Below are positions 56,715 through 64,000 of a DNA stretch of 64,000 nucleotides, piece by piece (the first letter of the stretch is position 1; the number at the start of each line of letters is the position of its first letter). The stretch comes from Chitinophagaceae bacterium (lineage in GTDB: Bacteria > Bacteroidota > Bacteroidia > Chitinophagales > Chitinophagaceae). The notes beneath the pieces are model-generated. The model was not told the DNA's origin and ran no database searches. It saw only the letters and a program-made list of their open reading frames with translations. The stretch lies in the NCBI GenBank assembly GCA_044223995.1, contig JBGALE010000010.1, positions 65,561-129,560 on the forward strand, in the 5' to 3' direction. The position numbers were made by a program, and so were the translations under genes.

Positions 56715-57605
56715 ATGAAACATGCTTATGTATTCCCCGGGCAAGGTTCCCAGTTTGCCGGTATGGGCAAGGAACACTATGAAACCAGTGCCTTTGCAAA
56801 AAAACTATTCGAACAGGCAAACGAGATCCTCAGGTTCCGGATTTCAGACATTATGTTTACTGGTAAAGACGACGATCTCAAACAAACCAATGTCACCCAA
56901 CCGGCCGTATTCCTTCACTCTGTTATCGCATTTAAAAGTATTGAGGCTGCAAAGCCAGATATGGTAGCCGGTCATTCACTGGGCGAGTTCTCAGCATTGG
57001 TGGCAAACGGTACTTTAAGTTTTGAAGATGGTTTAAGATTGGTAAGTATCCGAGCAGAAGCCATGCAAAAAGCCTGTCAACTAAATCCATCCACCATGGC
57101 AGCCGTGTTGTCACTGGCCGATGATAAAGTAGAAGAAATCTGCCAGGCCGTACAAAAAGAAACCGGCGAAATAGTGGTACCTGCCAATTATAACTGTCCC
57201 GGTCAATTGGTAATTAGCGGAAGTTTGAAAGGAATAGATATCGCCTGCGAAAGAATGAAAGCTGCCGGTGCCAAAAGAGCACTGGTATTGCCGGTGGGTG
57301 GTGCATTCCATTCACCATTGATGGAACCGGCAAAGGAAGAATTAAAAACCGCTATAGAAAAGACCACGTTTCATCAGCCCACATCTCATGTTTACCAGAA
57401 CGTGGTGGCAAGGGCAGTGTACGATCGGGAAGAAATAAAGCAAAACCTGATAGACCAGTTAACGGGTGCTGTTCGATGGACCCAGAGTGTACAGGCAATG
57501 ATCAAGGACGGTGCTTCGAAGTTTACCGAAGTTGGACCAGGCAAAGTATTGCAGGGTTTAGTTCAGAAAATTGATAAAACAATGCAGGTGGAAGGCGTCA
57601 GCTAA
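56715..57605 (+). CDS. fabD: malonyl CoA-ACP transacylase
   Basis: YVFPGQGSQ, TNVTQPA, active-site GHSLGE, AFHSPLM. Confidence 0.95.
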   Translation: MKHAYVFPGQGSQFAGMGKEHYETSAFAKKLFEQANEILRFRISDIMFTGKDDDLKQTNVTQPAVFLHSVIAFKSIEAAKPDMVAGHSLGEFSALVANGTLSFEDGLRLVSIRAEAMQKACQLNPSTMAAVLSLADDKVEEICQAVQKETGEIVVPANYNCPGQLVISGSLKGIDIACERMKAAGAKRALVLPVGGAFHSPLMEPAKEELKTAIEKTTFHQPTSHVYQNVVARAVYDREEIKQNLIDQLTGAVRWTQSVQAMIKDGASKFTEVGPGKVLQGLVQKIDKTMQVEGVS

Positions 57606-57625
57606 TTCGCTATAAAACATTAAAT

Positions 57626-57653
57626 AAAAGGCCGCATCGTCGCGGCCTTTTTT
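57626..57653. terminator. bidirectional rho-independent terminator between convergent fabD and GNAT genes
   Basis: AAAA-GGCCGC-atcgtc-GCGGCC-TTTTTT. A-run and T-run flank a GC stem. Confidence 0.8.
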
Positions 57654-57655
57654 CT

Positions 57656-58108
57656 TTATACGTTTAAACTGCAATTGATCCATTCCGGATCGAGCGTAGC
57701 ATTGTAATACTTTTTATAAAAATTGATAGCGGGCTCATTCCACTCCAATACCTGCCAAACAAGACCACTGAATTGTTTTTCCTTTGCTTCTTCTATCAAT
57801 GCGTCAAACAATAATTTTCCCAACCCTTTTCCGCGCATTTTTTCGGTGACCAGTATATCTTCCAGGTACATGCGTTGTCCTTTCCAGGTGGAATAACGGA
57901 TATAATACAGGGCAAATCCTTCCACCCTACCATCTGCTTCGGCTACAAATGCCCACCATACAGGTTTTTCGCTGAAACCGCTGTTTTCAAAATGTTCCAG
58001 CGTTACCGTTACTTCCTGCGGTGCCTTTTCGTATACGGCCAGTTCATGTATCAGTTCCAGTAATCTCGGACAATCCTCTTTTACAGCCCTTCTTATAGTG
58101 ATATTCAT
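57656..58108 (-). CDS. GNAT-family N-acetyltransferase
   Basis: MNITIRRAVKEDCPRLLELI..., acetyl-CoA loop EKMRGKGLGKLLF. Start at ATG 58108. Confidence 0.85.
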   Translation of the reverse strand: MNITIRRAVKEDCPRLLELIHELAVYEKAPQEVTVTLEHFENSGFSEKPVWWAFVAEADGRVEGFALYYIRYSTWKGQRMYLEDILVTEKMRGKGLGKLLFDALIEEAKEKQFSGLVWQVLEWNEPAINFYKKYYNATLDPEWINCSLNV

Positions 58109-58135
58109 TGAAAACAATTCGCGGTTTATTATTAA

Positions 58136-59815
58136 TTAAATTTTCTCCTTCCACCCCGGCCCTTTTACAAACCTGCCGGGCGTTGCTCCTGTGTGTTCAC
58201 CGTTTTTCAATACCTGCTTACCATTTACAAACACATCAATCATGCCGGTCGCATACTGATGCGGCTTTTCGAATGTTGCATGATCCTGGATGATTGCAGG
58301 ATCAAAAATTACAATGTCGGCATAATAACCCACTTTTATTTCGCCGCGTTTTTTTATGTGCAATTTCTCCGCAGATAATTTACTGAGTTTCCTTACCGCT
58401 TCCTGCAGTGAAATCACTTTTTCTTCCCGCACATATTTTCCCAGTACACGCGCAAAATTTCCATAAGCGCGCGGATGTGCATTTGATTTCAGGAAAACGC
58501 CTTCATTGGTATAAGATCCTTCATCTGATCCAAAACTTAACCAGGGTAATGCGATTTGTTTTTTCACATTGCTTTCATCCATGAGAAAATAAATGGTACC
58601 GATACGACTACTGTCCTGTACGATTAAATCCATGGCAGTTTCTTCGGGTGATGTGCCGCGAATGGCTGCCACTTCTGACAAGGTTTTGCCTGTAAATTTC
58701 TTAAGACTGTCCTTTGTAAATTCAACCAGCAATACTTTATCAGGTGATCCTGCGGCATAATACAGGTTTTCCCATTTATCCGTGGCACTCTTCATATCAC
58801 CGATGGTTTTTTTCCTGATAGCTGGATTTTGCAGCCGCTCACGCAGTTTTCCAAAACCACCGTCCTGCAGGGAAGGTGGCATCGATGCCGTAAGACCTGT
58901 TCCTCCCGCCAGATAGGTGTACATATTGGCTCCGATATCTATTCCTGCTTTTCTTGCATTCTCCACCTGCCGGATAACGCTGTCCATTTTTTTCCAGTTG
59001 TCCTTCCCGGCTGCCTTAAGGTGATAAATTTCGCCATGTACTTTTGCCTGTTTGGCAATCGTAATCAGTTCGTCGACCGCTTCATTCAGTTTATTTCCTT
59101 CGCTGCGCATGTGAGAGATATAACCTCCTCCATATTTACCGGCTTCTTCACACATGGCTACCAGTTCATCTGTCTTTGCAAAAAACGCCGGTGGGTATAT
59201 CAGTGATGAACCCACTCCTAAAGCCCCTTCTTCCATTGCCTGCCGCACCAATAAACGCATGCTGTCCAGTTGAACAGCGGTAGGTGCTTTATTATCTTCT
59301 CCGATAACAAATTCACGAATGGTAGTAGCACCAACATAAGAGGCTATATTGCAACTAATACCTTTCTTCTCCATATAATTCATATAATCACCAAGGGTAT
59401 TCCACTCCACTTTAAACTTAACATCACCCTGGCCCGTGGATGCCTGTTGTTTCATTTTTGCATTCAACGGCCCCATGCTTTCTCCTTCGCCAAATACTTC
59501 CAGTGTTACGCCCTGGCGAATATCGCTTTGCGATCTTCCATCCTGTATCAGGCTAACCGGTGCCCAACTCAGCATATTGATAAACCCAGGCGCAACCGCC
59601 ATGCCTTTTGCATCCGTTTCATCTTTACCGGTTGCATTCGACAAATCACCTATGAAGGCAATGGTATCAGCATTGATCGCGATATCAGCTTTGTAAGGCT
59701 CTCCGCCGTTGCCATCGTACAGCATTGCATTGCGGATAATAATATCATACGTTGTTTTTTGCTGGCAGGATACCAATAGTATCGCCATTGCAGCAGCCAG
59801 GGTTATTTTTCTCAT
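58136..59815 (-). CDS. D-aminoacylase-like amidohydrolase (N-acyl-D-amino-acid deacylase family), lipoprotein
   Basis: Lipobox AILLVSCQQ. PGFINMLSW, ..HMRSEG.., ..SDHATFE.. . Length and pattern fit the D-aminoacylase family. Confidence 0.8.
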   Translation of the reverse strand: MRKITLAAAMAILLVSCQQKTTYDIIIRNAMLYDGNGGEPYKADIAINADTIAFIGDLSNATGKDETDAKGMAVAPGFINMLSWAPVSLIQDGRSQSDIRQGVTLEVFGEGESMGPLNAKMKQQASTGQGDVKFKVEWNTLGDYMNYMEKKGISCNIASYVGATTIREFVIGEDNKAPTAVQLDSMRLLVRQAMEEGALGVGSSLIYPPAFFAKTDELVAMCEEAGKYGGGYISHMRSEGNKLNEAVDELITIAKQAKVHGEIYHLKAAGKDNWKKMDSVIRQVENARKAGIDIGANMYTYLAGGTGLTASMPPSLQDGGFGKLRERLQNPAIRKKTIGDMKSATDKWENLYYAAGSPDKVLLVEFTKDSLKKFTGKTLSEVAAIRGTSPEETAMDLIVQDSSRIGTIYFLMDESNVKKQIALPWLSFGSDEGSYTNEGVFLKSNAHPRAYGNFARVLGKYVREEKVISLQEAVRKLSKLSAEKLHIKKRGEIKVGYYADIVIFDPAIIQDHATFEKPHQYATGMIDVFVNGKQVLKNGEHTGATPGRFVKGPGWKEKI

Positions 59816-59987
59816 ACTTAAATATAAGAAATGAACAATTCAAAAAACAAAAGTCAAAATGATTTTCACGTAAAGACCTCGAAGGGGTAACGAGGCTAAG
59901 AATAAAAAACGATGGGCTTTGAGTCACAGGAAACTTCCCTTTCCGCAGCCCACCGAACGCTTGAAAAACTCCAAATTCCAAAAGGTT

Positions 59988-62900
59988 TTATTGCGCGAGC
60001 GAAATATTGATTTTTACACCACCTTTTGTATTGGTGATCGGTGCGGACGTGGATATTTTAGGTATGTTTCGTGTCTGTTCAAAATACAGGATCACCTTCA
60101 CCCGGTTGTTGAGTACGTAGTCAATACTGGGCGAAATCCGAATTACTTTCTGACCGGCAGTCGGCAATGAAACTACCTGGTCGAGCCTGCTGTTGGAGGT
60201 GATATCATCACGCACGCTGAGATCAAGAATGAATGTAATATCGTTGTCGAGTTTCTTTGTATCCTTCTTTGAAAATGGAACTTTAAATGGCAGGGGAAAT
60301 CCTCTTTTCCTCCAGCGCGCCCCGACAGTAAACTCGGTTGACCTTGCCTCACTCAATTGGAAGTCGACAAGGCTTAAGCTCAACTGCCTTGATTTTTTGT
60401 ATTCAAACCTTGCACCCAGTTGATTGGTAAACTGTGCATCAATATCGATAAACGGCGCAAACTGTTCAGATATGGTAATATTTGGTACAAGGAAGTAAGG
60501 AATAAAATTTCCGGACAATGAATCAATGAAACCCGGGTAGTTTACTTTCAGCGGATCCTGGAACAACAATGCAGAGTTGAAGCTATTCATGCTCAACGTA
60601 CTGCTGTAGGCATGCGTGATAGTAAGTGTACTGAAAATCTTTTCCATACCAGGTATCCTTGTCAGACCACTATACACCAGCCGCCAGTTGGGCAATGGTT
60701 TGATACCACTAAAAGGATTGGATGTAATGGCAGAATTGTCCTGTTTGATCAGTGATACTTTATTCGGGTCCTTACCGGTATAGGCCGCAATGAATGCAGG
60801 TATCAATACCTCCTGCGAATATTTTGTATATCCTTTGTAATACCCATCCGTATTCTGCACTTTCGAATAGGGATTGGCTTCACCCAGGCGTTTTGAAATA
60901 ATAAGCCGATAATCCTGGAACTTGAGGAAAGTGTTTGACACCTCATTTGATTTGACCTTTTCAAATAAAGTCTTGAATGAAATATAACTTACACTGAAGC
61001 TTCCGGATGAGTACGGGCTCAGGCGGCTGAATCCTGATGTCCCGGTTGTATCCTTAAATAATTCAGAATAAGTTTTTCCAAAAGTCTTGTCGACATTCAA
61101 ATCAATCGTCAGGTCGCGAACAGGTATCAATTGCGCAGTGATGGACAACCGTTGATTATAATCCTGCCTGTTTAAATTATTCAGCAGCGGGTTATGTGTA
61201 AAGTAACCGCGATTTGCATACTTATTAATATAATTGGTGTCCGGTTGCCGCCCCAATACAAAATCAAGTCCGGGTGCGCCAGTTTTTGGATCCAGTCCGA
61301 ATACTTTTGTACTGTCCGTATAACCTGCCAGCGAAGTCGTACCTGTTGAATTATAGGTTATGCTCATCCGTTTTACAGAAGTGAGTATGCGCGCCAACAC
61401 TTTTACTGCCAGGTTTACTTCCGGCAATTCATTGGGGTTCTTCGCCACTTTTTTCTTTTTGCCCTTGGAAGTGGAATCTGCTACATTCTTCTTTCCGGGA
61501 ACGGGAGGTGGTGCCGGTGCAGCTTTTGGTGCATCCCAGTCTATTGCACGAAGGAAACGGCTCTTGACATACAATTTTGTAAAATCAAGTTCTGCGGTTG
61601 CGTTTTTATCCTGTGAATTGTTCAGGAAATTACCCATGCTTTTTGCCACACTGTCGAGTGAGGATGCCAGCCATCCGAATTTTGCCACATATCCCACACG
61701 CATAGTTGTCCAATCAAGCAAAGGAAGTTTATTGGTTGGCAATACATAACTGAATGTTGCCTGCTGCTGGTAAGCAATATTTCTTCCGCCCCTGAAAAAG
61801 TTGTTCCACATTTGACGTTTCTCAAAAGTACTCAGCCTTCCCGGTGCTTCATCTACGCGTGCATTATTGGTAGCATTGAAATCCAAATTGAGTGAACGGG
61901 TGAAATCCCACCGAAGTGTATAATACCGATCGAACGTAAAGTATTTGTTATAGGTTTCCGGTAATACACCTTTTGGTCCGCCTACATTTCTCGGGCGGAA
62001 AGCACCAAACTGCCTTTTTGCATCCGCGCGGAAACTTAATATCGACGGCATGGGGCTGAAATTGAAATCCTTTATCATCTTATACCAGGGCGATGATGAT
62101 TTTATCAGCCGCTTGAATGGTTCTATATACTTCGGGCTGCTGGAATAGTTATAACCCAGTCCGCCCCGGTGCGTAATCAGCTCATCACTTTCAATCAGTG
62201 GATTATGGTGTTCCTGTTTGGTATAGGAAAAACTCACATCAAAATTTTCGATGCTCCAGAGTTTTTGCTTCTTTCCCGTTGTATTGTTCTTTTTAACATT
62301 GGTAAAATTAATTGTCTTAATCGTTGTTATTTCAATCGCATCACTTTTAATGGAGTCACGTTTTGCCCCGGCAGCATTTAACTTGTCCTTTAATTTGATA
62401 TCAAGATCGTATGGATCAAATTCAGGTGTGCTGATGGTTTGCGAATAGCTCGCGTAAACAGGAATGGATATTCCGGTTTTTTGCGGGAAGAATTTTCCCA
62501 TTTCCAAATTTGTTGCAGCATCAAACTGCGACAGGTTTTCTTTTGATCGTTCATTCACCCTTTGATCGAGGTTTCCAAAACCAATTCCTTTGAAACTTCC
62601 TGAAAGCGATAATGTACCAAGGTCAGCAAGTTTGACGTCTACCCTTCCCAATGCAGCCCAACCACCTTTTTCATTTAAATCAGATAACCGCAATTCATTA
62701 AACCATGCTTCTGTACAAATGGGACTGTTGGTGATATTTTGTATGCCAAGGAACATACCTCTTACTTCACCCAGGTTGGGGTTACCCAAAATGGCGTAGC
62801 TCTTACCATCAGCATCCGTTTCCTTATAATAGATATTGGGCTGTCCTGCATTATTGCGGCTTACTTTCAGTGAGGTCAACCGCGACAGGCTTAGGTTCAA

Positions 62901-64000
62901 TTCATTTTCGGTAGGCCATATTTTTGCAGGATCTGTGGTATTCCAGTCTGTTTTTGTCAGTGGTATTTTTATTTCATAATAGTTACTGATAAAATCATTC
63001 CCCAATCTTATCACCGCAACGAGTGAATTAGGCGCCAGGCCATCCACTGTTCCTCTTCCCTCAGCATGCACAAACATGGATAGCGTACCATACTGGCGAA
63101 GATCGAGGTTGAATGTTTTGAAAACACCGCGTGCATCGCCTGCGGGAAGGTTACATATTTGCAGGCTCATACTTTGTTCATTCTGCAAAATGTTTACGTT
63201 GTTATTGCTCAACTGCTGCTGACGTTCAATACCGGGAGGCGTTGCATAAGGAATCGGGGTACGTTTGCTGTTCTCTTCGATATTTACAGCGAGTACATTA
63301 AACTCCGTACCAGTGTTGGCAGGCAGTGGTGTATAGTTTCCGGTGGTATCTACTTTGAATGTAAAATTTCTCCATTGGTTGCGTACCAGTTCCAGTTTGG
63401 CAAAACGGCAAACAACAGAATCTTCAAACCCGGTAAGGAACATCCTGATAAAACGAATGGATTTGAAGTCGGGGATATTGCCCACCTTTTTTTCGTAATC
63501 TGCAATGGGTACACGGAAGAGATACCAGTTTTCCGGTTTGCCATTGGGAATATTGGGTGTAAAGGAACGTTTGTCTGTAATATAATTTTTACCCACCACC
63601 AACTGCCCGGGTATCAAATCGATCCTGTATTGGAAATATTCTTCCAGTTCATTCAATGTATTATCACGATTCAAATCTTCCTGGTCGGGATACAGAGTGA
63701 AAGCAGTTGTAATAGTAGAATTGTTGTCTGCAATTGGTGAATTACCCTGTGGGTTGTTGATTCTTTTATACCGCTCCAAAATATGCGCACTTTCCTGGTC
63801 GTACGTAGCATCACGATAATTCTTAAAATTATCACCAGCCGGGTCACCCGCTATTTTTTGGTAAGCAGCGGAACCGGTTCCGAGAATACCACCAATGACT
63901 GAAAGGTAATTTCCAAATTTTGTTGTCTCGGCAGCATCACCCAAACCATCCAAACCCACATCCTGGAAGGGGCGGTCAGCAGGATCATTGCTGAATGCCG
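59988..64000 (-). CDS. sprA: T9SS translocon / cell-surface protein SprA, C-terminal ~1335 aa (gene continues beyond the right edge)
   Basis: Huge beta-rich ORF. The frame stays open upstream of the track's GTG at 63959 through position 64000 (..AFSNDPADRPFQDVGLDGLGD..). Motifs such as NTLNELEEYFQYRIDL and the overall size and composition match SprA as I remember it. Confidence 0.8.
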   Translation of the reverse strand, partial: AFSNDPADRPFQDVGLDGLGDAAETTKFGNYLSVIGGILGTGSAAYQKIAGDPAGDNFKNYRDATYDQESAHILERYKRINNPQGNSPIADNNSTITTAFTLYPDQEDLNRDNTLNELEEYFQYRIDLIPGQLVVGKNYITDKRSFTPNIPNGKPENWYLFRVPIADYEKKVGNIPDFKSIRFIRMFLTGFEDSVVCRFAKLELVRNQWRNFTFKVDTTGNYTPLPANTGTEFNVLAVNIEENSKRTPIPYATPPGIERQQQLSNNNVNILQNEQSMSLQICNLPAGDARGVFKTFNLDLRQYGTLSMFVHAEGRGTVDGLAPNSLVAVIRLGNDFISNYYEIKIPLTKTDWNTTDPAKIWPTENELNLSLSRLTSLKVSRNNAGQPNIYYKETDADGKSYAILGNPNLGEVRGMFLGIQNITNSPICTEAWFNELRLSDLNEKGGWAALGRVDVKLADLGTLSLSGSFKGIGFGNLDQRVNERSKENLSQFDAATNLEMGKFFPQKTGISIPVYASYSQTISTPEFDPYDLDIKLKDKLNAAGAKRDSIKSDAIEITTIKTINFTNVKKNNTTGKKQKLWSIENFDVSFSYTKQEHHNPLIESDELITHRGGLGYNYSSSPKYIEPFKRLIKSSSPWYKMIKDFNFSPMPSILSFRADAKRQFGAFRPRNVGGPKGVLPETYNKYFTFDRYYTLRWDFTRSLNLDFNATNNARVDEAPGRLSTFEKRQMWNNFFRGGRNIAYQQQATFSYVLPTNKLPLLDWTTMRVGYVAKFGWLASSLDSVAKSMGNFLNNSQDKNATAELDFTKLYVKSRFLRAIDWDAPKAAPAPPPVPGKKNVADSTSKGKKKKVAKNPNELPEVNLAVKVLARILTSVKRMSITYNSTGTTSLAGYTDSTKVFGLDPKTGAPGLDFVLGRQPDTNYINKYANRGYFTHNPLLNNLNRQDYNQRLSITAQLIPVRDLTIDLNVDKTFGKTYSELFKDTTGTSGFSRLSPYSSGSFSVSYISFKTLFEKVKSNEVSNTFLKFQDYRLIISKRLGEANPYSKVQNTDGYYKGYTKYSQEVLIPAFIAAYTGKDPNKVSLIKQDNSAITSNPFSGIKPLPNWRLVYSGLTRIPGMEKIFSTLTITHAYSSTLSMNSFNSALLFQDPLKVNYPGFIDSLSGNFIPYFLVPNITISEQFAPFIDIDAQFTNQLGARFEYKKSRQLSLSLVDFQLSEARSTEFTVGARWRKRGFPLPFKVPFSKKDTKKLDNDITFILDLSVRDDITSNSRLDQVVSLPTAGQKVIRISPSIDYVLNNRVKVILYFEQTRNIPKISTSAPITNTKGGVKINISLAQ

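Noticed and set aside
63159-63740. 193-aa plus-strand ORF
   Set aside because: It is antisense to sprA, has no recognisable features, and is a shadow ORF.
1-64000. Window-wide look for CRISPR arrays, tRNA/rRNA genes, IS elements, integrases, phage or conjugation genes, toxin-antitoxin pairs and known defence-system signatures (reverse transcriptase, Cas, restriction-modification, STAND/AAA+ NTPases, and similar)
   Set aside because: None was seen. There are no regularly spaced direct repeats, and no cloverleaf-like GC-rich segments in the intergenic regions I read. No ORF carries transposase, recombinase or defence-type motifs. By-eye scanning could still miss small RNAs.

Overview
The window reads as chromosomal backbone of a Bacteroidota (Chitinophagia-like) bacterium. 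Support for that: TAnnTTTG-type -7 promoter boxes, little or no Shine-Dalgarno signal, a SusC-type receptor, and T9SS components and cargo. About 50 credible CDS are tightly packed on both strands.

Most genes are housekeeping: folD, queE, dprA, guaB, fabH, htpG, recJ, polyprenyl synthase, bamD-rpoZ-coaBC, CoA-transferase A/B, a class IV aminotransferase, photolyase, mqnB-mqnD, two PTPS/QueD-family genes, folE and fabD.

Envelope genes include a partial SusC, two OmpA-family proteins, a small porin, a DUF4105 protein, the C-terminal two thirds of the T9SS translocon SprA, one type-B CTD cargo and one very large type-A CTD cargo with a nuclease/phosphatase-fold domain.

I saw no rRNA, tRNA, CRISPR array, transposase, integrase or phage genes, and no convincing self-contained defence-like system.

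The least ordinary part is a regulatory island at about 45.3-51.1 kb. It holds three paralogous NarL/LuxR response regulators but only one histidine kinase. It also has a split 7TM + sensor-less kinase module led by an unrecognisable 139-aa protein. Two ORF-free spacers of 777 and 897 bp share a colinear 194-nt non-coding block plus short repeated motifs. This is my best candidate for something undescribed (a cis-regulatory array or structured leader/sRNA), but its function is inference only.

Secondary curiosities:
- a ComEA-like HhH domain fused to a large predicted outer-membrane barrel
- an internally duplicated module in the giant T9SS cargo
- tandem eukaryote-like PTPS paralogs next to folE

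All coordinates were derived by hand from the ORF track and the printed sequence. No database search was run.
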